Origin: Candidatus Poribacteria bacterium
GTDB taxonomy: Bacteria; Poribacteria; WGA-4E; PCPOR2b
NCBI GenBank assembly: GCA_965198175.1
Contig: OZ240245.1
Location: 3,008,001 to 3,072,000 of the forward strand
Reading direction: 5' to 3'
DNA: 64,000 nucleotides
Shown: positions 50,047-60,472 of the stretch, one piece after another
Layout of the letters: the number at the start of each line of letters is the position of its first letter
Numbering within the stretch: the stretch's first letter is position 1
Program-made: the position numbers and the translations under genes
Notes under the pieces: generated by a model
What the model was told of the DNA's origin: nothing
The model's database searches: none
The model's input: only the letters and a program-made list of their open reading frames with translations

Positions 50047-50724
50047 TTAGAACGATGCGGACATCGCGATGCCAAATCTTTGAGATTGTTCAATACTGAT
50101 GTACATGAGACTGAGGCTGTGCCCTCTATAATAGTAGTTTAACATCAAGTGGGGCAGATCTCCATCGTACATGCCGCGAACGGCAAAGCCTCTGCCGAGG
50201 TCGAGGCTGGCACCGAACGGGAAATTGAACCCGTCCTCCCACTCGGAGTAGTTTATGGTTGCGTATGCTGAGACTGGTACTTTCGGTAGACGCTTAGCAA
50301 TAGTTAAGAAGTAAGCCTGCTCCTTTGGGGGGGAACCGACTCGGTCTGAGCTTGTTCCGATAAACACCGCGGGCCGAACGTCTGTTTCAGTGAATACGAT
50401 ATAGTTGGCGAGTGGCGCGAACTCACGTGCCGCGGGATTGAATTCGACGCCGAGCAGGAGTTTATTTATCACTGCGTAATTCAGTGTCATTCGCCAACGT
50501 GGCCGGTCCAACTTAGTATCAATATATCGCCACGAAACTGCCCACTTTTTCTGAATTCCGCTTCCCCGAAGCGGTGCGCCTTCGCCCGGTCAGGCGCTTC
50601 AGGTAGGCGTTATGGAAGTCGGTCGGTTCGGTTGTTGTGGTGGGGATAATGGTTCGTCCTTATCCGCCCATCCATTGACAGCTACTGCTAAAAGCAGAAA
50701 GAAAAGTGAATATCGAAAGAACAT
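50047..50724 (-). CDS. Candidate selenoprotein: signal peptide, U-S-A-U motif, outer-membrane beta-barrel-like domain (225 aa)
   Basis: GGAGG + ATG 50724; in-frame TGA at 50599-50601 and 50590-50592; frame continues into ORF 50047..50511 ending in F. Confidence 0.7.
50558..50574 (-). promoter_or_regulatory. Putative bacterial SECIS hairpin
   Basis: CCGCTTC-GGG-GAAGCGG; apical G loop 22 nt after the second and 31 nt after the first UGA. Confidence 0.55.
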
Positions 50725-50794
50725 AAGAATTCCTCCATTGCCAGTGTTAATTCTAGCGCATCCGCGTCAGATAAATCAAGGAATTTGTTGGTAT

Positions 50795-53584
50795 CTAGGT
50801 TCCACGCCCTGTCCGTCCGCTAGCACGCTTTCGCGCCCGGTTTAGGGCATCCAGCATCCCGTCACCCTCCACGTTGTCTCCTGGTTCTGAAGTCGCCGGT
50901 GGAGATTCGGGTTCGTCGGGTTCAATGGGAAGCGCCGTTTTTGTGGACCGCGACTTGGATTGCGGTGCACGGCGCGCTTTCCGTGGCACGCGTTGCGAAA
51001 CCGTCTTTACAAGATGGCGCGCCTGTCTCATAGATAACAAGCCTGTGCGGCGTTCGAGCGTTTCGAGAAGCAGTAGGAGGAGTGCCCCGATAAGCAGCCA
51101 CGGCGCGAACCCAATTAGACGGGGTTGCCGTGGCAAATCATCCCATATACCCCCAAGGTTGATTCGTGCTTTCCCGCCGGAGGCTTTGGCAAGCCGTTCC
51201 ATCGTTGCAAGTCCGGATTCATCAGGCGCCGGTTTAAACTCTGGTGAATACGGCAGACAGACAGGAGGCAGCGATACAAATCCACCTCCCGGCACTTCCA
51301 CCGTGGTCAGAACCGTCTCACTCCCGTGGATTGGAATGTCCACTGCGAGCGTGTCGGCGGATGTCCAAGACAGGTTTGTTTTAGACACAGTTGGCGTTTC
51401 CCCAGCCACGCCGCGCAGGACTGCCACGGTAGGGAGTTCCCTGAATACTTCTACTTCTCGCTCTGGGTCGAGATGGAGTTGCACGAGGCTCACTCCGCTC
51501 CTAACCTTTTGCGTGAGCAACATCTCTCCAGGAAGGTTGCCAGCGTCCCCTACCGTCCAGCGTGCGAGACTCGTGAAGAAATCACCAACACGCTCCCAAT
51601 TCGCAATCTCGCCGGTGTGTGCTCCATCCGCCTCACCTGTATAGCAGAGTACTCGTCCAATTCCCGCCTGCCACGCCGCCACGACGGGAGCCTTGTACTC
51701 GTCCACAGTTACAGCAGCTAAGTTTGCGTCGGGACGGACGTAACAGAGGTTATAACCGCCGATTGATGACGGTATCTGAAATTGCGTACCGGTCAGCGTG
51801 ACCATGCCGCCCGTCGTCCGAATCTGTGTCGGTTCGTCAACAAACGTGCTCCGTGCCACAACAAACGTGTCTTGAGCAAACAGACGTGGCAACTCGGCGG
51901 CATTCTCGGTAAAAAAGCAGCGTCCTTCGCCTCGTTGAGCGATGTCACGTAGGAGTTCTGCGTCTACGTCGGAAGGTGTTCCAAGTCCAACGACGCTGAC
52001 AGTAATGTTAGCCTTTCGACACACCGCCAGCAGCTCTCGGTAGCGTCCGGGTTCTTCGGAATCGGCGGCGTCCGCAAATAGAATTATGTGCCGCGTGCCG
52101 GCTTCGGCGCGCAGTAACATTGAAGATGCGGCGTGGAGCGCCTCGTAGATGAAGATGCCGCCGCCCTGCGAAGCGATGCGAAGGATTTTGTTTCGCACGT
52201 GACCTTGATTTTCGATGGGAGCAAGGTCCGCGATGGTGTGGGCTGCGCTATCGACCGCGATTACGCCAAATTCATCCAATGGTGATAACATATCGTAGAC
52301 TTCCGCCGTAGCGAGATTTGCGAGATCTATTTTCGTCCTGCCGCCGCCCACCGACATTGACATACTGCCAGACCGGTCCATCGCGACCACAATCGCAATC
52401 GACAGTTTCCGATGTTCGCGTCTCAACTCCATTGAAACCGGCATAATCGGTTCTAGCGGAGATTTGAAATAGCCGCCTGGACCATACGCATGTTTTCCAC
52501 CGGTCATCATGAAACCCGACCCGCTCTCTCTAACCCAAATGGCGAGGTTCTCCATGCCGTGCAATCCGATTTTGTTCGCCAATACATTCTCAATGAGCAC
52601 CGCAGAAAAACCGGATAACTCGTCGAGCGACCAGCTGTAGTCGTTTGGCGGTGCAGCTTTCACATCCAATCCGCCCGCTTTCAGTAGTCGTGCTAGCCCC
52701 GAATTAGAAGCTTGTGTGATGTGAAGAATAGGACGAGGTCCTTGAATGCCGACCAAGACTTTTGCCGTGTTATTCTCAGGCACCGGGTCGGACTCGGATC
52801 CTGCAATTCGCACGGAGTACCGATGCGTTCCCGGCTGCGCCGCTTTGTCCCTAAAGATGAGACGGGTCAACCCGGACGGTACTTGCCGCTTACCAGCCGC
52901 CAAGCGACGATTGCCGCGCAACAATTCGAATGATATTTCACCCGGAACAGGCGCGTGCACCCATGCGGCAATCATAAACGACTCGCCCGGGTTCACTACA
53001 TCGGGCGCGTCTACATGGGAGATGGCGACATCGTTCGCCGAGTCTCTTTGCATGGCGCGGTAGTCAATAGCGATACCCCGTGCAGCGGTTTCGGATGCCG
53101 CGCCCACTGGGTCATTGCCAGTCCATCTTCCGTCAGACAGAAGGATTATCCGACCGGGTGAGTCGCGTGGAATGAGTGCTATAGCGCTGTCTAGTCCGCC
53201 GTTCAGATCCGAAGCATCGCCATGAACTTCGTTCACAAAACCAGCAAATTTGCCGCTTTGGGGCGATCGTTCGACCGCAGTCACTCGTCCAAAGGAGACG
53301 ACGCCAAGGCGAGCATCACGTCGCATCTCGCTCTGGATTAAGTCAATCGCCTCTTTCTGCCTCGCGTCGCTGTCATGGGGCATAGATAAGCTTCTGTCCG
53401 CCACAACGACAATCGTACCCGCACGGCTCGGCAATTTCACGGCGAGTCCACACATTGCCAACAAGATGAGAGACAGTATCACGACTCGCAAGCTCCAGAG
53501 TAACCGCGAGCTTGGTTTCCAGACCCACAGCGATACTCCAAGCGGAATGAATAATAATAGCCAGATTGGTTGGAGGAGTGTCAT
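50795..53584 (-). CDS. VWA domain + class I glutamine-amidotransferase-like membrane protein
   Basis: DRSLSM and DRSGSM MIDAS motifs, GG..AYGPGGY..SPLE.IMPV; TM segments at both ends. Confidence 0.85.
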   Translation of the reverse strand: MTLLQPIWLLLFIPLGVSLWVWKPSSRLLWSLRVVILSLILLAMCGLAVKLPSRAGTIVVVADRSLSMPHDSDARQKEAIDLIQSEMRRDARLGVVSFGRVTAVERSPQSGKFAGFVNEVHGDASDLNGGLDSAIALIPRDSPGRIILLSDGRWTGNDPVGAASETAARGIAIDYRAMQRDSANDVAISHVDAPDVVNPGESFMIAAWVHAPVPGEISFELLRGNRRLAAGKRQVPSGLTRLIFRDKAAQPGTHRYSVRIAGSESDPVPENNTAKVLVGIQGPRPILHITQASNSGLARLLKAGGLDVKAAPPNDYSWSLDELSGFSAVLIENVLANKIGLHGMENLAIWVRESGSGFMMTGGKHAYGPGGYFKSPLEPIMPVSMELRREHRKLSIAIVVAMDRSGSMSMSVGGGRTKIDLANLATAEVYDMLSPLDEFGVIAVDSAAHTIADLAPIENQGHVRNKILRIASQGGGIFIYEALHAASSMLLRAEAGTRHIILFADAADSEEPGRYRELLAVCRKANITVSVVGLGTPSDVDAELLRDIAQRGEGRCFFTENAAELPRLFAQDTFVVARSTFVDEPTQIRTTGGMVTLTGTQFQIPSSIGGYNLCYVRPDANLAAVTVDEYKAPVVAAWQAGIGRVLCYTGEADGAHTGEIANWERVGDFFTSLARWTVGDAGNLPGEMLLTQKVRSGVSLVQLHLDPEREVEVFRELPTVAVLRGVAGETPTVSKTNLSWTSADTLAVDIPIHGSETVLTTVEVPGGGFVSLPPVCLPYSPEFKPAPDESGLATMERLAKASGGKARINLGGIWDDLPRQPRLIGFAPWLLIGALLLLLLETLERRTGLLSMRQARHLVKTVSQRVPRKARRAPQSKSRSTKTALPIEPDEPESPPATSEPGDNVEGDGMLDALNRARKRASGRTGRGT

Positions 53585-53816
53585 GATGGATATGATTCGA
53601 TATTTCGAGGGATGAATAGAAACTGAGTTTTTCGGAAAAACTCGGTTTCTCTCCGACCTGAGCACGCAAAAAATGGGTGATAACTCAGGTGGAATTTTGG
53701 CCAGTGGCCTTGAAACTAAGACCAGAGCTTAACGACTGGTGTCACAGAATGTGCACTGTTCTTTTTCTTCGCATAAACAGAATTTTTATGTGTGCTATGG
53801 CTTCTGGCGCCTATTT

Positions 53817-55871
53817 TCACGATAGTTCCTTAGGCTGATCTGCTTTCCGTTTTTCATAAACTTGGTTTATCAGGAACATGGTGTATTCGAGTTCATTCTC
53901 TGAAAAGACTCCGACTTCTACATCTCCTATGCCTAAATGTCCGAGATTGGTTATATCTCTGCACCGTCCTCGCGGGTCATTAATGTCGGAAAAAGGCGAA
54001 TTTAATGTTAACAATAGCCGGCCTGCTTGCGGTATAATGCTTACTAGGACCGAGTGCATCTTGTAATTAATGTAGTGTTTGGTGATCTTTTCACTAATTG
54101 AAGTATCCAAGTCACGAATGCGCCGCCGTAACTGTTGGAACAAATTTAGCATTTCACCTGTAAGATACTGGAAGTCAGCTAATGTCGGGCTTCCCTTATG
54201 TGCACGTTCAATTCCCTTAGAGAGTCCGTGATGACGCCAAATATAAAGCGCCTTTTTCGAGAGCATTTCCGCTCGTTTAACGATAGCATCTTCATCCCAT
54301 CGTTCCACTTCGCGGAGGCTTGCATTTAAGCGCAGTGGACTGTCGAAAAAACCACCCTCCGCGAGCTGTTTTTCTATGAAAGTGTTGTTGCTCAACTCTC
54401 GATTGTACCCGGTGAGGGCGAGGTTGCCAATCGTGTGAAGGTACTTTTCATGCACCTCTGAGCAGTTTTGGCCTAACTCCGCCCGCCATTCATCAGAAAG
54501 ACTTTGCGGCATGACGTGTTCAATCGTGTATTCGCCATCTGAAATCGGCTCCCTGCGCTCGTGATTCTCCAACTTGAGTAACAGATAGCTTGACGTACGT
54601 AGGTTATAGACATCCCTTGTGTGAAATGCGAACTGGAACTCACTATCTGAAGGGAAGCGTTGGGTGCCGATCATGCGGGAGAAAGCGATTTTCAAGCTTT
54701 GGAGATAGTTATCTTTGTCAATTTGCCCCATCAGTCCCGCGAAGGTCTTGTTCAACATGTTAGTTGGAATGTCACAGATTGTGCGCCGAAAGACGTAACT
54801 CTCTGTTAACCGAAAGATTTCTATCATGTCCGTCTTTCCGATTTTTCCTTGTGCATAGTCCTCGTAGACGCCGAGTAGAAACGGAAAAGTGACTTCGACA
54901 TTTAGTGTGTGGATGTCTTCAATGCACATACTAAGTTCTAGGTCCGGCTCATTAAGTAGCGCAATGCGGACGTAGTATTCGGAATATCGAACAATCTCCT
55001 TGACAATTGCCTCTAACGCTTCTGAATGTCTTTTGTCCCCTACATACCTCTTGAAATTCTCGTAAACTCTCCCTTTGTTAGGTATCGTGCGCGTATTTAA
55101 TGTCAGATAGTCTCTTATGAACAGGTCAAATCGTTTGGCGTAATCCGCCCCGAACCGCTGCTCCATCGGATACCAGTGGTTCTCATATAGACTCTTTTGA
55201 AAATCGTACTCCTGTCCCATCAGCACATAGTTACGAATGAGATCGGCTTGCGACAATCTGAGACCAGTGGAATTGAGACTCTCGAAAATCAGTTGCGGAT
55301 TGTCCGAGCGGGGGTCCAGCGCGATGTCCACAATTATCAACTTCTGAATTCCCTTATACACCGTTTCAAGTGCAGTGCGTTTGAGTTGGTCCTTAAAATA
55401 TTGGTAGTTTTCCACTAACAGGGAGGTATTGTCAGTAGCACTTCCCTCATCCAACAATTGAATCAAAGTGTCTCGGTCATGCGGTGTCAGCAGCTGCTTG
55501 TGACGTAATTCTCCAGCTTCCCTGTCATTGAACAGGTAATACGCATCTAACCGGCTTCGATCGATGCCGATATCGACGCCTTTCACCTCGACGGCTCTGC
55601 CGAGTACCGAAATCAACAGCGCAAGTGTCGTCAACCGCTGTTGACCGTCAATGACGAGAAATTTTGGCACTGTAGGGCTACCATCTCCGATAGATACGAT
55701 TGAGCCGAAGAAATGGGAGGGAATATCCTCATTTTCACCAACACGCACAATGTCATCCCATAGCTGTTTGCATTGCTCTTTCTTCCAACTGTACCGACGC
55801 TGGAATATCGGCAGGATAAACTGTTTTGTGCCATCCAAGAATTTTAGTAACTTCTCTTCGTTCGCTTTCAT
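53817..55871 (-). CDS. GmrSD-like type IV restriction protein (DUF262 + DUF1524 + DUF5655-like tail)
   Basis: FQRRYSW, IDGQQR, FESLN, IEHVMP and GNLAL motifs. Confidence 0.9.
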   Translation of the reverse strand: MKANEEKLLKFLDGTKQFILPIFQRRYSWKKEQCKQLWDDIVRVGENEDIPSHFFGSIVSIGDGSPTVPKFLVIDGQQRLTTLALLISVLGRAVEVKGVDIGIDRSRLDAYYLFNDREAGELRHKQLLTPHDRDTLIQLLDEGSATDNTSLLVENYQYFKDQLKRTALETVYKGIQKLIIVDIALDPRSDNPQLIFESLNSTGLRLSQADLIRNYVLMGQEYDFQKSLYENHWYPMEQRFGADYAKRFDLFIRDYLTLNTRTIPNKGRVYENFKRYVGDKRHSEALEAIVKEIVRYSEYYVRIALLNEPDLELSMCIEDIHTLNVEVTFPFLLGVYEDYAQGKIGKTDMIEIFRLTESYVFRRTICDIPTNMLNKTFAGLMGQIDKDNYLQSLKIAFSRMIGTQRFPSDSEFQFAFHTRDVYNLRTSSYLLLKLENHERREPISDGEYTIEHVMPQSLSDEWRAELGQNCSEVHEKYLHTIGNLALTGYNRELSNNTFIEKQLAEGGFFDSPLRLNASLREVERWDEDAIVKRAEMLSKKALYIWRHHGLSKGIERAHKGSPTLADFQYLTGEMLNLFQQLRRRIRDLDTSISEKITKHYINYKMHSVLVSIIPQAGRLLLTLNSPFSDINDPRGRCRDITNLGHLGIGDVEVGVFSENELEYTMFLINQVYEKRKADQPKELS

Positions 55872-56014
55872 AGGTCATGTCTCCATATCGGGTTTATGAA
55901 TTTTTCAGCTTCCAAAACGTAGACACGATAGGTATCTATTGAGAATTGGATATGTCAAGAGAAATCTGGCGCCCGGTTTCCGATTGGATTCTAGGATCAA
56001 TCGTATTCTATGCC

Positions 56015-56575
56015 CTACCACAGTAATATAGGCACGCTTTGCGACGTTGGAATTCCCATACCTTCCAACGCCTTATGCAACTTCACATGCCATGTTTGGA
56101 ACTTCCACGCAGCATCTCTATACGATTGAGCCTCAAAAATCGCCAGTATCTCCCGCGATTCTTTTTTTGAAATTTTCACATGCCTGGAATTAGCATAAGT
56201 ATGGACTATGTAATCGGCTTGAATAGCGTCGAATGCGAAATATTTCTCGGTCAACTTTGCGTCCGCGGCCAGAATCGCTTCATTGCTCCCGGCTTGCCTG
56301 CCCTCTGCTCCCTGAACTCTTTTTTCCGTTGTGACTTCTTTCGTTGAGGGACGGATTACAACCTTGACACCTGCGCTGATGATGGCGTCCTCAACACTGT
56401 TTGCGAACTCAACCTCGCGCAGAAAATCATTCGCTGGGATGACCACGAAGGATGGGGATTCTGGAACATCACGGAGGACAACAATCTCAAGCGTTTTGGT
56501 GGCACAGCCTAACAGACCCGTGGTAAGGAAAAGTAGAGAAATTCCCAATAGCTGGTTCATTTTGTTGTAGAACAT
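56015..56575 (-). CDS. Hypothetical lipoprotein
   Basis: Lipobox LLGC. Confidence 0.7.
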   Translation of the reverse strand: MFYNKMNQLLGISLLFLTTGLLGCATKTLEIVVLRDVPESPSFVVIPANDFLREVEFANSVEDAIISAGVKVVIRPSTKEVTTEKRVQGAEGRQAGSNEAILAADAKLTEKYFAFDAIQADYIVHTYANSRHVKISKKESREILAIFEAQSYRDAAWKFQTWHVKLHKALEGMGIPTSQSVPILLW

Positions 56576-56647
56576 TCTCTAATTCCTCGTAAATTTTGCA
56601 AACGTTTCGAATCAAGTAAAAATAGCAAGTTCCCGCTGAATTCGCTT

Positions 56648-57895
56648 CTAATCAGCGTTCTGGATAATTTTGCCGAACAGATGCCCGCTGTGTTTTTCGC
56701 TGCTCCAGGTGCCGGCGTATTGGCCTCGATAGATTAACACCCTTGCTGTGTAGGTTCCTAGCTGAGGCAATTCCATATCGGTTAGTGTGATGATGGGGGT
56801 GTCATCCGCCCATATGACTTCGAGAGGCAGTGGCACTGTTACGTCTCTCCCAGCGTATTGGACTCGCGCAGAAAACAGCCAGTAATCGCCGTTCATTTTG
56901 GAGATTTTTTCGATGGTATATTTTTCTTCATGAAGGGCGTCCTGATTTTCTTGTCCGACGAGTGTGAAATGACCAATTAGCGTTACGTCCGAGAGCATCT
57001 CTTGGAATAGCTGTTCATTGGCGGTAAGTGTGTCGTCTCGTGCGGATTCCCACGGAAGCGATTCCGAGGAATGAAGTTGGTCGACAATCTGGGTCACGAG
57101 TGCCGCAGAGTTACGAGCCGCGATTTTGTAGTATTTCTTAAAATCTTCTGACGCATTTGAACCGGCATTATCGCTAAGACTGCGTATGACCAAGCAGGGA
57201 ATATTGTGTTGCCAGCAGATTTGCGCCACGGATGCCCCTTCCATTTCTACGGCGTCCGCGCCGAGATTTTCGTGCAAGGCTGTTCTTTTAGGATCAAATG
57301 CGACAAAAATGTCACCAGTCACGACTGTTCCTGTGACGATTCGCGGGTGACGCTGACCTTCGGGAGTATCGAACGGGCTCAGTTCAAGGCTCGCCTGCGC
57401 GGTTTCTGCGATTTGCAAGAGCCTCGGGTCGGCTGGGAAGAAAACAGGGTTGCGTTTCCCAGTTATTGGGTTCCTGACGCCGAAATTTTCAATCTCTGTG
57501 GACGCCAATTTACCCAAGTCGTGTTGGGCTGTCCGCTGTGCGATGACAATATCTCCGAGATGTAGGCCCGGGTTGAGACCGCCAGCAACGCCTGTGAAGA
57601 TGACCTGATTGGGGCGAAAATGTTCAATGGCGAGAGTCGCTGTCATCGCTGCATTGACTTTCCCAATTCCTGTGCTTGCAATGACGACATTTTGGTCGTT
57701 GAGAAAGCCTGTCACGAACCGCAGGTTCTCGATTGTATGTGTCTTTGGGCTTGCAAGTTGTCCCTCAAGGAGTCTGACTTCCTCATCGAATGCACCGAGT
57801 ATTGCGACGGTGGAAGAAGGTTCGGCGCCGATTCCCGGAGCGAGTAAGGTGAGAAGCAGACCCAAAGTAACTGAGATGTTGATAAGTTTCCTCAC
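56648..57895 (-). CDS. mtnN: Exported MTA/SAH nucleosidase fused to an extra C-terminal beta domain
   Basis: GAF.EE, GIGKVNAA, TGVAGG, VEMEG and RSLSD motifs; signal peptide; about 135-aa extension. Confidence 0.8.
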   Translation of the reverse strand: MRKLINISVTLGLLLTLLAPGIGAEPSSTVAILGAFDEEVRLLEGQLASPKTHTIENLRFVTGFLNDQNVVIASTGIGKVNAAMTATLAIEHFRPNQVIFTGVAGGLNPGLHLGDIVIAQRTAQHDLGKLASTEIENFGVRNPITGKRNPVFFPADPRLLQIAETAQASLELSPFDTPEGQRHPRIVTGTVVTGDIFVAFDPKRTALHENLGADAVEMEGASVAQICWQHNIPCLVIRSLSDNAGSNASEDFKKYYKIAARNSAALVTQIVDQLHSSESLPWESARDDTLTANEQLFQEMLSDVTLIGHFTLVGQENQDALHEEKYTIEKISKMNGDYWLFSARVQYAGRDVTVPLPLEVIWADDTPIITLTDMELPQLGTYTARVLIYRGQYAGTWSSEKHSGHLFGKIIQNAD

Positions 57896-58075
57896 GGTGT
57901 TGTCTCCAGAGTTTGAAAGAGTTTGTAGTAAGGGAAGAAACGTCCGTCGGCTTCTTCCACCGAGATACAGTCTTTACTTCTAGCGGCGGAAGGGTGAGGT
58001 AGGGCGGACAATCATCGGTTTTCCATTTGATAAACCTTTCGGCGAAGACGGGCATCTACAATCCCTAACACGCAC

Positions 58076-58756
58076 CTACTTTGCCTTTGGAATGTTGATG
58101 CCAGGCAGGTTGTTTAGAAAGGATCGCGCCGCTATATTGACCAAATCCTCAATGGAATGCTTTATGTATTGGAGTTCAACTTCAGTTTGCACCGCGACAT
58201 CTCCTGTTCCTTCCCACACAACATCGCCGAGGTGACAATCCCAAACTTGTCCGAATATGCTGACGTTTTTAATTTGTCGGTTGATAATGTCGTCGGACAA
58301 AAGAGCGGGACCAATTGTTTCCGTATGAGATTGATCCAGGAGTTTGACATGTAAGAGGTAACGGATGCCCGCCGCCTCGCCAATTTGGCGAAGTGTTTTC
58401 TTGTTGAGAATTGCAGCTTGGGCATAATCATCAATCATCTGCGCGTAAGCTTCCGTCAAATTAGCTTCGTTAATCAGGTCGAGCGTTTGAATTGTCCCTA
58501 TGAATTTATCATCAGGCAATTGATTGGTTAGATTGGAATCAAGTTTTGCCCCTAGCGGTCTGCGCAACCCCTCCTGCCCATGACCTGCGACGATAGGAAG
58601 TAGGCTCAGACCGTGTTCAGACAGCGAATTGTCTGTGAATTCGGGAGCGAGATACTGGAGTTGAGAGTTGTCCATGACTTTAGCCGCACACCCTGACCAG
58701 AGCCAAGCCATTAGCACAAGCATTAGTGAATGCAAAAAGAAATTTTTGGTTCGCAT
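58076..58756 (-). CDS. Hypothetical lipoprotein
   Basis: Lipobox WSGC; G.VVWEG motif. Confidence 0.7.
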   Translation of the reverse strand: MRTKNFFLHSLMLVLMAWLWSGCAAKVMDNSQLQYLAPEFTDNSLSEHGLSLLPIVAGHGQEGLRRPLGAKLDSNLTNQLPDDKFIGTIQTLDLINEANLTEAYAQMIDDYAQAAILNKKTLRQIGEAAGIRYLLHVKLLDQSHTETIGPALLSDDIINRQIKNVSIFGQVWDCHLGDVVWEGTGDVAVQTEVELQYIKHSIEDLVNIAARSFLNNLPGINIPKAK

Positions 58757-58948
58757 TGTTTTGACCTCCGATTTTCATCTCCTATAGGGATGATAGCGTG
58801 TAAATTATCAATTATCGACTAGGATCGCCACTCATTCGTGGGAGCGTTGAGCTCGTTTCAATTATGTATGGTTAAAAGCAATTATGTTGGCGGAGAAATT
58901 ACGCGGCGAATTGTACCCGACCAAGCCGAGCTTGAGATATGGATTCAA

Positions 58949-60472
58949 CTAAGCTTCATCCGTTTGCGATTCATTTGCGGTGTTTTGCTTTGGCGGCTGA
59001 AAGTTGCGGATTTGTCTGACAAACCACGGAACGCTCAGAACACCGACCACCACCGCACAGACGCTCGCTATTTTCAAACTGTTGAACACAAGCACGTGAA
59101 TATCCGTCACATTAATCGCAAATGTCACACCAACAGGGCTACCGATTAGCCATTCCCTTTCCCAAGTTCCAGAGGCAAAAAAGAGGATGAGCGGTATTAT
59201 CATGGTTGTAAAACCCAACAGAACAATTGCTATCACCCAAGTATAGCCTCCGGCGACTCGGTTCGCTAAGAAGCGTCTTCTAATGAGCGAAGCGCCCAAT
59301 GGATAACTGAATGCGTACAGCCCCATAACAATCATTACTCCCATAAAACCATTTAAAGTAGTTCCGCCGCTCCACATGTGCGGGAAAAGAATGCCCCACA
59401 CCACAATAGAGGATAAAGTCAGAACTATCATTAAAGATGACCACACTACGCCGCCGGCAGCACCGCTGTAAAAGAGAAACGCCAGCAGGCGAAGCCATCG
59501 TCTGCGCGGAATGCTTTGGCGAACGCGCTGTCCCAAACGCTCTCTTTCGTTCACGGCGATGAACAAACCGATGGAATACAGAAGGACATGTAGCGATCCC
59601 CACGCCGCGACCGGGTCAATGTTATTAATAGCAATACTCCAGATGGCTACGCCAACCCCGGTCAAGAGCCAAACTCCGGTCACGAAAATACGCAGCGGCA
59701 GTGCCCGATTGGCGGATAACGGGCTAATGAGCGCAATCGCTAATAGAGCAAGGAGGCTTATCAGCGTCAACCCGCTGAACAACACACTTAAGGCACCTCG
59801 CCAGAATTCCCAAGAACCGATCTGACTCCCTATGCCGGAGCTAAAAAGAGCACCAGGAAAAATCATCAGCGCGATAAACGCAGGAATAACCGTAACCACA
59901 AGAAAAACTAACCAAGCCACGCCGATAATCAGCCTGAAGACTCGATTGGCAGGAATACAGCCAAGGAAGATGGCACACTGGATGCCCACTGCTGCCAGAA
60001 TGAAAGTGAGCGCCAGCAGAATGAAAATCGACGGTAAGTCAACGCCCCGCAACAGATAAGTGAACGTCATAAATGGCATGCAGGCACTATAGAGCAGGAC
60101 AGTGAGAACGAGGGCGGCGAGGAATTTGCCCCAGATAATGGATCGCGGTCGGAGAGCCGTGATGAACAGCAGGTCTACATTGGCATCTGATCGCTCGCTC
60201 GCCAACCGGATGCCGGTATACGCGGGCACAAACAGTAAGCATGTCCCTAATAAAATACCTAGCAACATGCTAAAAATGTCGCGCCCCGCGTCGAAAGACC
60301 AGGAAACGGATCCTTGTGTCAAGAATAGTCCCATGGTCAACAGTAGTACCCCGAGAAAAACCATTAATATCACGCTAAAAAACTTGCCTTGAACCGCTTG
60401 TCGCAACTCTTTGACAACGATAGGATTGAGTGTGTCATTGATTGTTTCAAGGCATTTTGTGATGGATATCAT
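58949..60472 (-). CDS. ABC-2 type transporter permease
   Basis: NPIVVKELRQ, SER...DLL..T.L.P..II.GK; many TM segments; ATGA overlap with the ATPase gene. Confidence 0.85.
   Translation of the reverse strand: MISITKCLETINDTLNPIVVKELRQAVQGKFFSVILMVFLGVLLLTMGLFLTQGSVSWSFDAGRDIFSMLLGILLGTCLLFVPAYTGIRLASERSDANVDLLFITALRPRSIIWGKFLAALVLTVLLYSACMPFMTFTYLLRGVDLPSIFILLALTFILAAVGIQCAIFLGCIPANRVFRLIIGVAWLVFLVVTVIPAFIALMIFPGALFSSGIGSQIGSWEFWRGALSVLFSGLTLISLLALLAIALISPLSANRALPLRIFVTGVWLLTGVGVAIWSIAINNIDPVAAWGSLHVLLYSIGLFIAVNERERLGQRVRQSIPRRRWLRLLAFLFYSGAAGGVVWSSLMIVLTLSSIVVWGILFPHMWSGGTTLNGFMGVMIVMGLYAFSYPLGASLIRRRFLANRVAGGYTWVIAIVLLGFTTMIIPLILFFASGTWEREWLIGSPVGVTFAINVTDIHVLVFNSLKIASVCAVVVGVLSVPWFVRQIRNFQPPKQNTANESQTDEA

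Noticed and set aside
50590..50601. Global TGA reassignment (genetic code 4 or 25)
   Set aside because: TGA terminates ordinary genes in this window (e.g. at 7484 and 9435) and Trp is encoded by TGG
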